From contig OZ234493.1 in assembly GCA_965153455.1 (NCBI GenBank), positions 16,668,213-16,732,212 on the forward strand: 64,000 nucleotides of DNA. Reading direction: 5' to 3'. Source of the stretch: Sphagnum compactum. Taxonomy: Eukaryota. A program made the translations under genes and the position numbers. Positions 12,743-24,960 of the stretch are shown piece after piece (within the stretch, counting starts at the first letter, position 1; every line of letters begins with the position of its first letter). The notes beneath the pieces were generated by a model, which searched no databases, was not told where the DNA came from, and saw only the letters and a list, made by a program, of their open reading frames with translations.

Positions 12743-13722
12743 CTAGTGGTTTGTGGGGGTGGCTATTTGTTTACATTCAAACCTATCAACTAGGTACTTA
12801 TGAAAGTTACTAAAGATCACATGTAGTTTGAAATGGTTTTCAAAAGGTTGAAAAAATTTCGCATCGAATTTCATATGAAATGGTGGTTTTTGTGTGATGC
12901 TATTGAAATCTACGTAACAGGTTGATGCTCTACTCGACATAGATCTTCACAATGGGTATGCATGTGATTGTGTACACATGGTGTTGTTGCTTCATTGGTG
13001 AACCACATTTTTTCCCTTCAACCTTGTTGGTTTTGTTGTCAATGCTGACACGTTTAGGTGAGGGACATTGGCAATGTTGTTGCTTGGTGCATTGGTTTTT
13101 TTTGTCACTTCTTAAAGTTGTGCATCATTATTTTGTAGGTTTTCGAGCAATTTCTGTGCTTGTAAAAAAAAAGGTCTGACCATATGGTAGCGTTGATGAT
13201 GTTGAATTCTACCAAAAACCAAGCCATTTGATATGGAGCTAAAATGCCACGCACAACTTTGCGAATCAAGCCTGTGGTTGTGTCCATCGTGAGTTCAGCT
13301 TCAATGTCTGCATGCGGGATGTGCAAGGTGTCCATGAGTAACTTCACATTTCCTAGAATGCCAAGAATCAAACTAAAATGAATGTCTATATGAAAACAAA
13401 ATTTTTAAAAATGAATTTATAAATTCGAAAAAATGAATGCCAAGGTGCCAGCATCTTGTTATGTTGTTCCAGGAATTTGGTTTTCTTCAGAACGTAGCTA
13501 TCCACAAATTGGTTCGCTTCGATGGAACACCTGAAAGCGAGGGGCACAAGATATCCTTTGTAACCGCACACATCCAGAAGTTGCAACTGGCTGTCGGTCG
13601 GATAGTAAGTTTCTTGGTCTTTCTTTGCTTTTTTGTCAATCGACGCAAGGGTGGATTCGATGAGCTCCTTCTTCAACTTCTTGAGCAGCGCGCCATAATC
13701 TGCAGTTTTCGGTGGAGCCATG
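12743..13722 (-). pseudogene. Orphan ORF of unknown family (MAPPKTADYGALLKKLKKELIES...), intact 5' half and decayed 3' half
   Basis: GC-richer, codon-like segment 13722-13440, an AT-rich intron-like gap at about 13440-13355, then NVKLLMDTLHIPHADIEAELTMDTTTGLIRKVVRGILAPYQMAWFLVEF..., then a Cys-rich tail with stops and frameshifts. Confidence 0.5.
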
Positions 13723-14480
13723 TTCAGTGCCTGCGTTATCTTAACATGTACACTAAAGAAAGTTCTTGAAACTTGTTTGAGGTTTGTTAAGTGACGGCAG
13801 ATTGCATGAGAGCGATCAACACGATGGCAGACTGTGTGAGAGAGATTAACACACCGGTAACACAACGACAGATTGTGTGGGTAACGGTAAGAAGTATTTT
13901 GAAAGAAATTTGTTTGGGTGTTTGAACAATTTTTAGGTAGCAATGGGCATCTGGCAGATGCACTGTCTATGGATTGGTCAATAAAAAAAAGCCTGTGCCA
14001 ACTCCTAAATTATCCCTGTTGCTGTGATGAGGAAGGAGAGAACCGATCTTGAACATGAAGAATGAGCAAGTGTCAGAAGTGAGTCAGAGGTGAGTCATAC
14101 ACTAATAATTGCAACATCAGCAGTTGTTGTATACAGAATTCGTTTTCTGCAGAGTCCACCGGGCTTGTATTTCCTTTTTAGCCTCTGAAGAAGCACCAAG
14201 TTTCAAGGGATTTTTTTTTCGCAATTGCATTCTCTAGTAGGAGGAGAAAGAAGGTCTTGACAGATACGGCAAGTGTCTGATGGAGCGCAAACAGGCACCA
14301 GCAACAAAAACAGTTCGGATGTAAGCAAAACTTTTAGGGTTGTTTATCAAGATTGGAAAATTTTGGGTTCCTCAACTTGTTTGCGAGGAGAAAGAATTTG
14401 TTGGAGTTCTGAAGAGTGTTCTGTGATTGGAGGAAAGAGGAGAGGAAGAGTTCAGATTTCCAGAGAAAGAAGGAGGCGCA

Positions 14481-15457
14481 ATGTTGCGATCAAGTCGAGC
14501 ATTGAGAGGATTTCTGGGTGTTATTGCATCGGTATCGGCATCATCATTGGCCTTTGCGTCTCCTTCTATCTTTACTAATGCCAATGAAGTGTAGAAGGAT
14601 CGCTGTCGTCTCTTCCGCTGCTTGTAAGGTAAAATTCTTATGTGTTCTCCTTTTTGGACTATAGTATGGTAATGGAACTTCTGGAGGATGAAAAGAGAGC
14701 TGAGAACTTGTTAGGGTTTTCTTGTGCAGGCAGTTCGTGGACACGGAGCGAAACGATCCATCGATGAACATGTCGAGGTTTTTTCGTTTCTTTTCTTTTC
14801 AGACACCCATTTGGTTTTTTTGGGGAATATAGTCCTGATATGCTAGAGCATCATACTAGATTGAATTTGGATTTATTACTATTTTTTTAATTTTTAGGGT
14901 TTCATTTTTTTTCCTGTTGGAATTCTAGGTACCTTTGCCCAATTTTGGAGTTGCAGGAAAGTATGCCTTAGCCCTGTACATAACAACAGTGCGGAAAAAT
15001 GCTTTGGAGCTTGTTGAGGCAGACCTGCAACAAGTTTGTGGTGCTGCAGAGACCAATCTTTTGTTTGCTGATTTTCACAAGGACCCATCTGTTTTAAAAA
15101 CAGTCAGGGTGAAAGCAATTGTGGACATTTTCAAGAACATCAAGTTCAATGATGTCATGGAGAACTTCCTAGGTATGGGATTGTACCTTTATCACACAAA
15201 CCACTTCTTTTCTGGTCTTCATATAGCCAATTAGGGTTTAAGGACGGCACATAAGCATATGCTTGTTGTGATGTGAAAATAGGAGATAGTTTAAGGGTAA
15301 GGGTAAGTCTCTCAGTTTAGTTTTTTCTCAGCTCAACAGGCCTTTGATGCATGTATTTTGCCTATTTTAGGGACTTACAAAACAAGAGTTGGAAGACATA
15401 AAGAATGCAATGAAGGGTTGTTTAAAGCCAGGCCAGACCCTTAAGATTGAGCAGAAG
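14481..15457 (+). pseudogene. ATP5: Mitochondrial ATP synthase subunit O (OSCP) pseudogene; exons about 14481-14628, 14730-14777, 14929-15172, 15371-15457
   Basis: Transit-peptide-like MLRSSRALRGFLG...; VPLPNFGVAGKYALALYITTVRKNALELVEADL...KDPSVLKTVRVKAIVDIFKNIKFNDVMENFL; GLTKQELEDIKNAMKGCLKPGQTLKIEQK; GT-AG borders. Exon 1 has a stop/frameshift, the ENGRL...AHKGEV exon is missing (phase 1 vs phase 0 mismatch), and the last exon was not found. Confidence 0.85.
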
Positions 15458-17113
15458 GTAATGTCCTCATGTGCCTAAAATACTGGCTGCATTTTCCCAT
15501 CTGTACAATTGCACTTTCTGACATCTTGCTCAACTGTCTGCCTACCTATCCTGAATGACTTGAAGCAGCAAAAATGGGCTTTGTAGATGGCTATTCCTTT
15601 CAGACATTTTACTGCCTCATGAACCAGTTCTTAGCATGCTAGACCCTTCTATTTGTGATGAAGTTGAATGATCTGATAGAATTGATTGCTCTCTCCTTTT
15701 TTCCAAAAACCATCTTGAATTGTTCAGGAGGGTTCTTGAGTATGGAGAATGCAAGAAAAACCAAAATGGTACTGGAAGTTGTCTCTAGGAGGTAAACTCT
15801 GTCCAACAAATGAATGAGACCCTCAAAGCAAAATAGTTTCCTTTCAGGATGTGGTGGAGGTTATGGCGGCAAGAAGATCAATGAAGTAAGATGCATTAGT
15901 GATGGTGAGGGGAAAGGTGCAAAGCAAAGCCTCTGTGGAATCCAAAGACAAGAACCATGACACAGGTGCACTCACAGCACAAAATGTCAATGAGAATGCG
16001 TTATACTTGGAGATGACGCAGACCATAAGCACCTATTCTTCTCTATCACATCTCCAATTTTTGATGAACCAGATGTTTTTCTATGGGAGTGAGGGGAAAT
16101 TTTTCACAGAATTCTGAGATGTGGTGATGTTGATACCAATCTGTCATAGTATCTTTTCTGTGTTCATACAAGGTATCTGAGTGGTATCCTCTCCATAATG
16201 TGCCGCAGAGAAGTTCACTATGGTTGATCCCTCTTCTTCTTTCACCCTGTGAGCCTGATGTTTTACTGGCGTGTTGCTGCAAGTGGATGTTGGTTTCAGT
16301 GTACATGAATGGAGAGGCATCTTTGGGTGGAGTTACGAATGGAGGGTGATTTTGGGATGGGGTTCTCGTAAGGAGCAAGTCACAGTTTTAAGGCGCAAGG
16401 TACTTTCACATTTTGCTTCCCATTCATTGTTTGTTTTGTCTGACCCAATTGGAAACCCTTATCTTACAGGTTTTTCCATTCTTCTTGCTTCATCCACTCT
16501 GCCTTTTCATCTTTGCCTTCTTTTGCATCAAAACTCCCAGAAACATAACCAGTTGGAGAAACCATCGATATCATGACATCCAGCGGTAAATGTTATTTAT
16601 GTGTGACTGATTTTCTTCTTGCTTCCTACTACCCCAATTGCTTATGTTTTTCATTGCAGGTGTTCATCTTCAGTGAACTGCTCAACCTGCAAGATTCAGT
16701 AGATTGTGAACCCATTGCTAGAATGTATTGTTTTGCTGTAATCTAGGTGTCATTTGTACTGGTTGAGAGGGATGGCAAATGGGATCCGAAACTTGGCAAG
16801 CTAGCAGTATATGTCCATATCAACATGCAAGATGCAAAGCATCCTGTACCACTTGTCACTGTCTACCATCAGCTCCACCCAGTGCTGTCCTTATCATGAT
16901 ACACTTTCTTGCAGGCCATGTTTGGGCAACGGTATTTGGTCTGAAGCTTTCTTTTCCTTACTCCATGCCTTTGTCTTTGAGTGTGGGTAGATCCATTGTG
17001 CTATGGTGAGAATGTCACCAATTCTCATGATTTCATACTTTTGGCCACCTAAGTCTTAATGCATAGCTGGATGTCTAGTGCTGGAATGTGATGCATTAAA
17101 TGCCTTTTTGCAA

Positions 17114-17374
17114 GGCTTGGAAATTCGTCCAGCTATAACACGGGATAAGGGCAAGGCTGTAGATTTTCTGCTAAGTTCACTTGGTGAGTACAACGGCAGC
17201 AGAAACCTCACGAAACAACAAACTCATATCCACACAAGGTTGCCAATGTCAAGTGCATGAATTTTAATACAAATAAGGAAGTCGGTTGTGGTGGACATGG
17301 CAGGGCGATCTGATTGCAGGGATGTATTCCCAGTCTATATTGGAGATGATCGAATAGATGAATATGCCTTCAAA
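17114..17374 (+). pseudogene. TPP: Trehalose-6-phosphate phosphatase fragment (two exons, 17114-17183 and 17304-17374, with their intron)
   Basis: LEIRPAITRDKGKAVDFLLSSL|G RSDCRDVFPVYIGDDRIDEYAFK matches plant TPP LEIRP..WDKGKA..FLL.SLG / PVYIGDDRTDEDAFK. The acceptor is mutated (CAA) and the catalytic motif altered; no other TPP exons seen. Confidence 0.85.
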
Positions 17375-18651
17375 GTAAGAGGCATTCTACTATATATGGT
17401 CTCATCTATCTTGGTTGCGATGTGTATTTATGTGGCTCTTGTCATCATGTCTGCATTTTCATTCATGAGGGTGGGTTCTTTACTTTGTGCACTTATCAAT
17501 CTTTTGGGTCTTTGTAGTAAATTAGTCTTAGTTTGGATATCATTGTAAGCTGTTGGGTTTAGTCATGTTGAAGACCTCTTGGCTGTTATGGGGCCTAAGA
17601 ATTGATGCTAAATGGCAGCTTGTGATTGCTCAGAGACAGGTGTAAGAGCTGCAAAGCAAGTACCACAGCAGCTTTCACCTCAGCAGGCAAAGCATTTGGA
17701 GGAAACAACCAGTGATGCATATGTGTTTGAGTGCAGTTTTTCTTTTGCGAGAAATGTATCCCTCAGTGAAGATGATCTGAAGAATGCTGACACATTTGAT
17801 GTTTCAATGAGCTCATCTCGCTCCATAGTCAAACTTATTCCAATATGCATTCATTGACTTCATCAAATCTACATGGATTCCAAACGAGGAAGTCTCATAA
17901 AGTCCTTTTGAAATTTCAACCCAAAAATTCACAAGACAACACAACAAAATCTAGGTGGTTTGAAAACTTGGAAATTCCACAGTACAAGAGTGATGTGTGG
18001 GAAAGATGTATCTTAAACTTTGACTCTGCACATGGAACTACTCCATGTCCCTCACAGCTTGCTTGGACACTCCTCTAACAACATGGGTTTCTTCTCTATA
18101 CTTATAAAAAAGATATTTGAACTGCTAGTATAGTCCAAGATCTGCATGCTCAAGAATTAGACTCTACAGACTTTTGAATCACTCTACTGGAGTCCAAAAT
18201 ATCTGCATGTTTGAGTGTCAGAGCTGATCTTGCCTGCCTTTTGGGCAAGTACTTCCCTTTCCCCCTTTGTGTTTCGTGACTTTTTATTCCCCAGCCAAAT
18301 AACTTCTTGGCCAGGCTTCCTCCCCATACTGAAGGAGGGAAACTGATCTGAGCTCATTGGCAACAACAGGGTCTACCACTTCGCGCGAATAGTCCCACAG
18401 AGCTTTTAGTGGCTAATCATATTTGGTTTACAGCCATGCAGTGCAATATTTCCCATGGGTGCAAGCTTTGGATCAAGATTGTACCACCTAGTGTTGGTCT
18501 GGTATAGAGGCTGGCATAGAGGCCTGCTGCACCTGGTATCAATAATCATAGCAAGGTCCCTACAAGACTGGTATGACCTGAGGCAACACCAGCCTGGTAA
18601 GGACCTGACGTAATACCAGTTTTATAATTATTTTGAAGATCAGGGATTTAC

Positions 18652-18970
18652 AAGTGTTGGGTGGTTTTTAGAACAAGGGATAGATATAACATGTAAATTA
18701 TCAAACTGGGTATACATCCACTTACCTATTGATTCTCAAAATCTTCAAAATTTTGGTTTTGCTATATAACCCTGGTTCTCCAAAAATATGAAACAGTCAA
18801 AGAATCATCTAGAGAACTGTCAACTGGTTCTTTGATGGTTCTTTCATGAAAACCATTGGTTTTGTAAGGGTTTTGAAACAACCAGAACCAACAGTGTAAT
18901 TTATTCATAAATCATTCAAAGAACCAGAACTGATGGTTCTTCTAAAAATTCAAAGAATTGCACCACACAA
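18652..18970. mobile_element. hAT-type MITE (degenerate CAGTGTTGGG ends)
   Basis: Starts AAGTGTTGGGTGG, is rich in GGTTCT/AGAACC subterminal motifs, ends GCACCACAC. Confidence 0.55.
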
Positions 18971-20497
18971 GCATATCTCTATCTCATACAAGTTAAAAAC
19001 AGTCTTGAACCCAATACCAGGACCAGGCTAGATTGTTCAAAAGTGGATACCAAACAAATTTTATTTTTCCTTCATGTGTAGATGGGAAATGCATGAAAGC
19101 GTCCCACAAATATATATACATTGAAAGACGAATTAGGAAACCAACTTGTACTTAGCAGGTGGACCTAAACTAACTAACTCACTTGCAATTGTGCAAAATA
19201 CACTTTTGTTGTGAGCCCTTTTCCAGCTCAAGTGTATGCATGAAATACACATGATGTGTTAGTTAGCTTTGGCCAAAAAATAGAAAACCTCACTTTTGCT
19301 GGGGAATGAGCATGGCACCATTACAGAAAAAGGGAACTGTAAAAGGGAGGACAATGGAACATACCTTTGTCACCCACCAAGTTTTATTAATAGGGTAGCA
19401 GATTCAAGCAAGGAATTGACATGTAATGTGGTGATGATCGTGGACAACTTGGAGATGCTTGATTGTAAAAGCAAGTGCTCTTTTTTCATCTAGATGTTTT
19501 AGACCAGGTTCATTGGCAATAGTGTAATGGTCTGCAAATATTAATTTGGATGAAGTTTAACCCCTAAACATTAGGGCTGACCAATTTGATCTGCTAAATT
19601 GGTCTGCTTTTGAGTGTATTGTTGTGTTTCCCTGACATTTAGGGGTTAAGCTTAAATAATATGTAACAAAATTTGGACATGTAAAATATGCAAAAAAAAC
19701 TATGCTCTATTAAATTGTTCTTAAAAAAGGTATGATGGGCTATGATGGCCTAGTCACAATGATTGGCCCTGTGGTGACATTTAACTTGTTGTTTAAGATG
19801 TTTAAGAGTTGAGCAAATAACTTGTAGATTATGTTGAATGTTATAAATATTTGCAAAGGCTCACATATTGGATGTGCATAGATATGTTGTTACAAAGGTC
19901 AATTAATCAATGAAATGATGTTTTGAACCATCTATAGGTTACATTCATTTGAACTTTTGTTACTGTCATTCCCCACTTATGTTGAGCAAAGAATTTGGTT
20001 TATATTTTAGTCGTTTAACCATAAACTAGAAAATTTATACTAACTGCTGAGTATTATTTAATCCATAGACTCGACAATGTGTCATTGATTGCTCAAATGT
20101 CGATTGCAGGTCCCACCACTGGATATGGTCGGTTGGTCACAAGTTTGAGAATAATGGCCCCGCACCTAACAATGCTTATATTTCAATAGGCCAACCTTGA
20201 CACATGAAACACCCAAACTATAAGCTCTTTGAGCAACTAGCTTTGCAAGAAACTTGGCATTTCTCCCAAGCAAGCAAGAATGTGTAAATTGATGGTTGAC
20301 AACACTTGAATTGAAAGATGCAAAATTTGCAAACACCTACAGAACAATCTGTTACAAACAAGCACTTCTTGTTACAATCAAGCCTATCTTGTTCTGTTTT
20401 CACCTGGAAAGGCAATCAACTGTCTGAAAGGGGTGTTCATTAAACAGGGTTTCAAGTTTGAGGCTTTGAAGCTTGAACTATCATTTATATGTCACAC

Positions 20498-20919
20498 TTG
20501 TGTTGGGATGGGCGGTTATTAGAAATGCCATTAAATGACAGGCAATTTTCAAAGTGGTATATCTGGAGTTCTCAGAAAATCAAGGACCAATCCTGATATA
20601 TAACCCAAGTTATGGAAAAATAAAGTAAAATTTGATATATGAGAGTGACTCTCAAGGTATTTAAGAACTGGTCAAATACCCTTCTATAAAACTGTCAATT
20701 TCTTTCATAAACCCACTGGTTCCTTGAGGGGTTTTGAAAAAGCTAGAACCTGGGGTTCTTTAATTCTGAAATTTTTTAATTAATAATAATTTTTAAAAAA
20801 CAACAGCAACAACAATAGAGCCAGAGGTTTTTTGTTTCTTTCCAAATATTTTCAGAAAAAAAAAAAAAAAAAACTTGAACCATAGGTTTTTCTTAAAATC
20901 AAACAACGGCCCAACACCC
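20498..20919. mobile_element. hAT-type MITE
   Basis: TIRs TTGTGTTGGG...CCCAACACCC. Flanking 8-mers TGTCACAC and ATTCACAC (6/8 identical) fit an 8-bp TSD. Confidence 0.7.
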
Positions 20920-22261
20920 ATTCACACTTTCCTCTTGTTTCAAGTGCCATCAAAAAGCGTTGATGAAATAATTAGGCCAGTCCTCCAAGGGCCAAGCCTT
21001 TGGTTTTTAAGTGTAGGGTAAAGCCCAAGGCCAAGCCCATCACTGAAATGAGCACAAGCCTGATTGTGGTAATGATCTTGCCCGTGTGCTTTACATGGTG
21101 TACAATTTGATGCAACTTGTAAAGCAGGCGACTTTGTGTTTTTCATAAATCATGTTGTGAAAACAAAATGCCCACTTGGGGGCAGAAGGATAATATAACA
21201 TGTCCTCCAATTACAATATATGAATTATCAGAGTTTTTTAGAGAATAGAGAAATTTGTAAAGTGAAGAAAACAAAATATGAGTACACTGAGTTTTGGTCA
21301 GATTTTAAATAATAATAATAATACATTGCATTTAAACTAGAAGTGAAGACATGGTGAAACTTATTAGATACTTTGATATTAGGTTGAACAACCCTGATTT
21401 AATTATAAAATTCACATAATTATTTCAAGCATTGTGCATTACATATTTTGATATTAAGTTTCAGCCCTGATTTAATATAAAAATTCACTTTCTGAATAAG
21501 AAAGTTTGCAATTGAAATAGGTGTAGGGGGATGAAAGAAGGACCAAAAGGCAAAGGTCACTTTACAAATTTTGCGAATATCAACTTCCTCTAAGCAAGCA
21601 CCCACAATGAAAATATTAAATGTTTCTGACCCCTTTAAATGGCAGACCTTGGTATATGGACTTTTGTAACATGTAAGTTGCCAATTGAGCAATTTAACAA
21701 ATCACATTATTAATGTACCATTGGATTAATGCTTGTAGTATTACAATAATATTACACTAACATGCACAAGAAGCATTGCTGAACAACACTAGGAACCATA
21801 AAAATAGAGTGGGTTTTTTGCAGAAGGAAAACATATATTATGTGTACCTTATTTTTAAAATGAAAATTCACTGAACCAAGTCAATTTTTAAATTTTTCAT
21901 TTGTCTAATTGGTTGGTGTGAAATAAAAAACTATGGAGAATATTTTCTATGTTATTTGAGGGACCTGATTATAAGCAATAGCTAGTTCCCACTATGGGGT
22001 TTTTAAGCTGAAGAACCCACTCAAGGAGGGTTATCTGAAAGATTGCATCTCAACCATTGATTTACGTCAATCTCAGCCGTCTCATGAGGGTTAGGGTGAA
22101 CCAGCAGCTACACGGGTACCTTCACCTTCTCCAGTGAGGCCATATTTTTAACCTAGGAAAGGTTAAATTTGGAGTTAGAGAACCCTGATTTTGCCTTAAG
22201 ATGAGATACTTAGAATATTTAGAAACAAATAAATTTAAGATTTGGTGGTTTCTAGTTTTTA

Positions 22262-22450
22262 CCAATGTTGGGTGGTTCTTTGATTTTGTTATAGCCTCTG
22301 GTTTTAGGGTTTTTGAAACTATTCAATTTAAATAGGCGGCTTTTCCGCGAGACTGGCAAAGGTCAAGGTAGGTTCTTTTACCGGTTCTTTGATTTTTTTG
22401 AGAACCACAGTTATGGGTCAAAATGATTCTTTGATTTTGGAGTAGCGCCT
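22262..22450. mobile_element. Partial hAT-type MITE
   Basis: CAATGTTGGGTGGTTCTTTGATTTTG start and repeated GGTTCTTTGATTTT motifs as in the other copies. Confidence 0.45.
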
Positions 22451-24059
22451 CTCACGAGTCCATACAAGCCCATCTATACTTAGCCCAACAGACAAAGATT
22501 CTTCTACCCACGAAGAAAAGATAGTTATTCAAACAAAACCCCCAATCTAGCCCCCAAATCTGGGAAGAATTTGGAGAAGAAATCGAAGAAGATTTTTGTT
22601 GACTCTATATCATTCACTAGATGCCCTACAATCAACCAAAGTTTTTTTTTAAAAATTTATTTTTTGTCTTCCAACTTTTTGGTGTAGCCCGTGTGGTAAT
22701 AATCCATAAGATGATTTAGCCAAATTTGGTTACAAATAAAATATGATAGTAAAAAATTTTAAGCATCTTATTACAAATGTTGATGTAGAATTTAGTGATT
22801 TTTTGGTGTTACATGTATTGGTTATAATTTAAAATAAACCCCATCGATCCATTCCTTTTACTTTTAACTTTCCACCCATCACCACTTTCAACTGGAAGAA
22901 AAGAGCATCCAAAAATAATCATAATTATCTCCGCCAATAATCCATAAAGTAGGCAATTTAGGGGTTCCTAACCTAAGTTGGGCATGAGTGACAAAATGGT
23001 TGATGCAGGTGTGATGAAGGAAAATAATAGTGAGTCAAATTTGAAAACCCATTGAAATTAGTAGTTGTTTGTGTTTGATCTGGTGTCTTGTGTTTCCTTT
23101 GGCAATGGTGGTGAGGCCTCATGTTTGTGTTTGTGATTTGGAACAACCATAGTGAGATCATTGATTTGTGATTTGGAGCAATGTGGATGAAACTTTACAT
23201 TTGCAATTTGGAGCAATGGTGGTGAGGTTTTGTGTTTTAGTTGTGATTTGAAACAACAATGGTAAGATTTTGTGTTTTTGCAATATGTGTGTCCCAATTT
23301 TGTGTTGTTTAAATTTTGTGTGTTAACTTATGGTAGAAATGTGTGTGTGCACGAAGGTTTTTAGAAAGAGAAAGTTGGGAGAGAAGTTGTTTAGTTTTGG
23401 GTTATGGGAGAGTAGGTTGCTTCATGCCAAGTTTCAAATGTTGGTCCTAGGTGTGAAATCTTTGCAACAAAGTTTGAATCTTGTAATAAAATTTGAAAAA
23501 ATTAATTATTGTGACAAAGAATGATAAGTCACAACGAACTTATTCGTTGTCTCAAATATGGATCCTAGCTATAATCCACTATTACTAATCTTCTTGCAAA
23601 TATGTAGCCTCCCCCAACTTGTCTTATGCTTGTTGAGAATTTTTGCTTTTACAAAAAAAAATGTGCAACATTAACAAATGCAAACAAACATCCTTCTCAC
23701 ACATTTATTAACCAATTCTTATAAATTATCACATGAGCATCCAAATTCAAAATTTCAAGATGACATTATTACAAGCTAATCAAAAGTATCACAATTGATT
23801 AAACAAATTTTCAATTTCAATTTGCAATTTAAGAATCCTTAAAATTTGTAAGACAAAGAATGACACATTCAAAGACCTCTCCACATGCTCCTTCCAACAA
23901 GTCAAAGGTTTCATTGCCTATGCATTCACAATAACAATGTGATGAAATACACATAATTCAAAGGCCATTATTGCATTGCTAACTTTGTTAACCAATGCCA
24001 CAACATAAAAAATGGAGTTTACAAACAAATAATATGTAGGTTAAGGTGTGTTGGTGTTA

Positions 24060-24960
24060 GGAATTGGTTTCAAGAACCCATCAACCTTTACATGCATCAA
24101 TATCTTGACCTTCTTGTCATATTCAAATATAAGACCTTAGTATTGTCCTTGCCCACAAACTTGATAATACGTTGTACTTTATAGGCTCTTGCAAATACAT
24201 GGGGTAAATAACATTAGCCAATATTTCATGCACTTTGTCGCTTTCAAAAGCACATGTAGATCAAAGGAAAGATTATAGAACATTCACCACCTCTATTGTC
24301 ATCCAAACATAAAAGAATCTATAGCTCCAAGTTAGATTCCCCACAAACAAATATAGGTGGTTTCACCCTCATTCAATGATTGCGCTCACCTTGCAACTTA
24401 ATATTAATGGAATTAAATTGTGACATTCAACAAATAAAATAGGAACCAATATCCAAATGATTGGTTGAGTACACATTGTTGTACAAAAGGTGTGAATGTT
24501 TTTGTCACAACTCAACGAATTGCCCATGTTAGCCCACTTTGCACTTGTAATTAAAGACTATTTGTGGTAACAAATATTTATTGCATCTACATATTCAAGG
24601 TTTCCCTTTAAGAATACAAGCTTGTTAACAAAATGAGTCTTAATAAAAGTCTCTAATTTCTTGACAAGCAACCTTACTCTTTGCATATCTTGTCCCCCTT
24701 TTGCCTTTTTTTCATGACTTCTTAGCCAAAGTGATATTCTTTTACAAGGGTTATTGTGTCATCTTCAAAGAGACCTCTTTTATACCAACACATAGTTTTG
24801 TGCTTTTTGTTGCATATTGGCAAGACTTGTTTATCACATGCCCAAAACACCAACTTGCAAAGGGTGTTGCAAGTTACAATGGGGCACACAATGTACTACA
24901 AAAGACAATGTTGTGGCAAGACTATTATTTAAGTTGGATCCCTCATCTTTTACATTTGTT
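24060..24960 (-). mobile_element. hAT transposase relic
   Basis: Minus frames read (allowing a frameshift) LATPFASWCFGHVINKSCQYATKSTKLCVGIKEVSLK and IIKFVGKD, homologous to the transposases at 37-39 kb and 52-54 kb. Confidence 0.7.

Noticed and set aside
15636-15665. LDPSIC as a candidate last OSCP exon
   Set aside because: Similarity stops after four residues; no GG-L-V or D-S motif follows.
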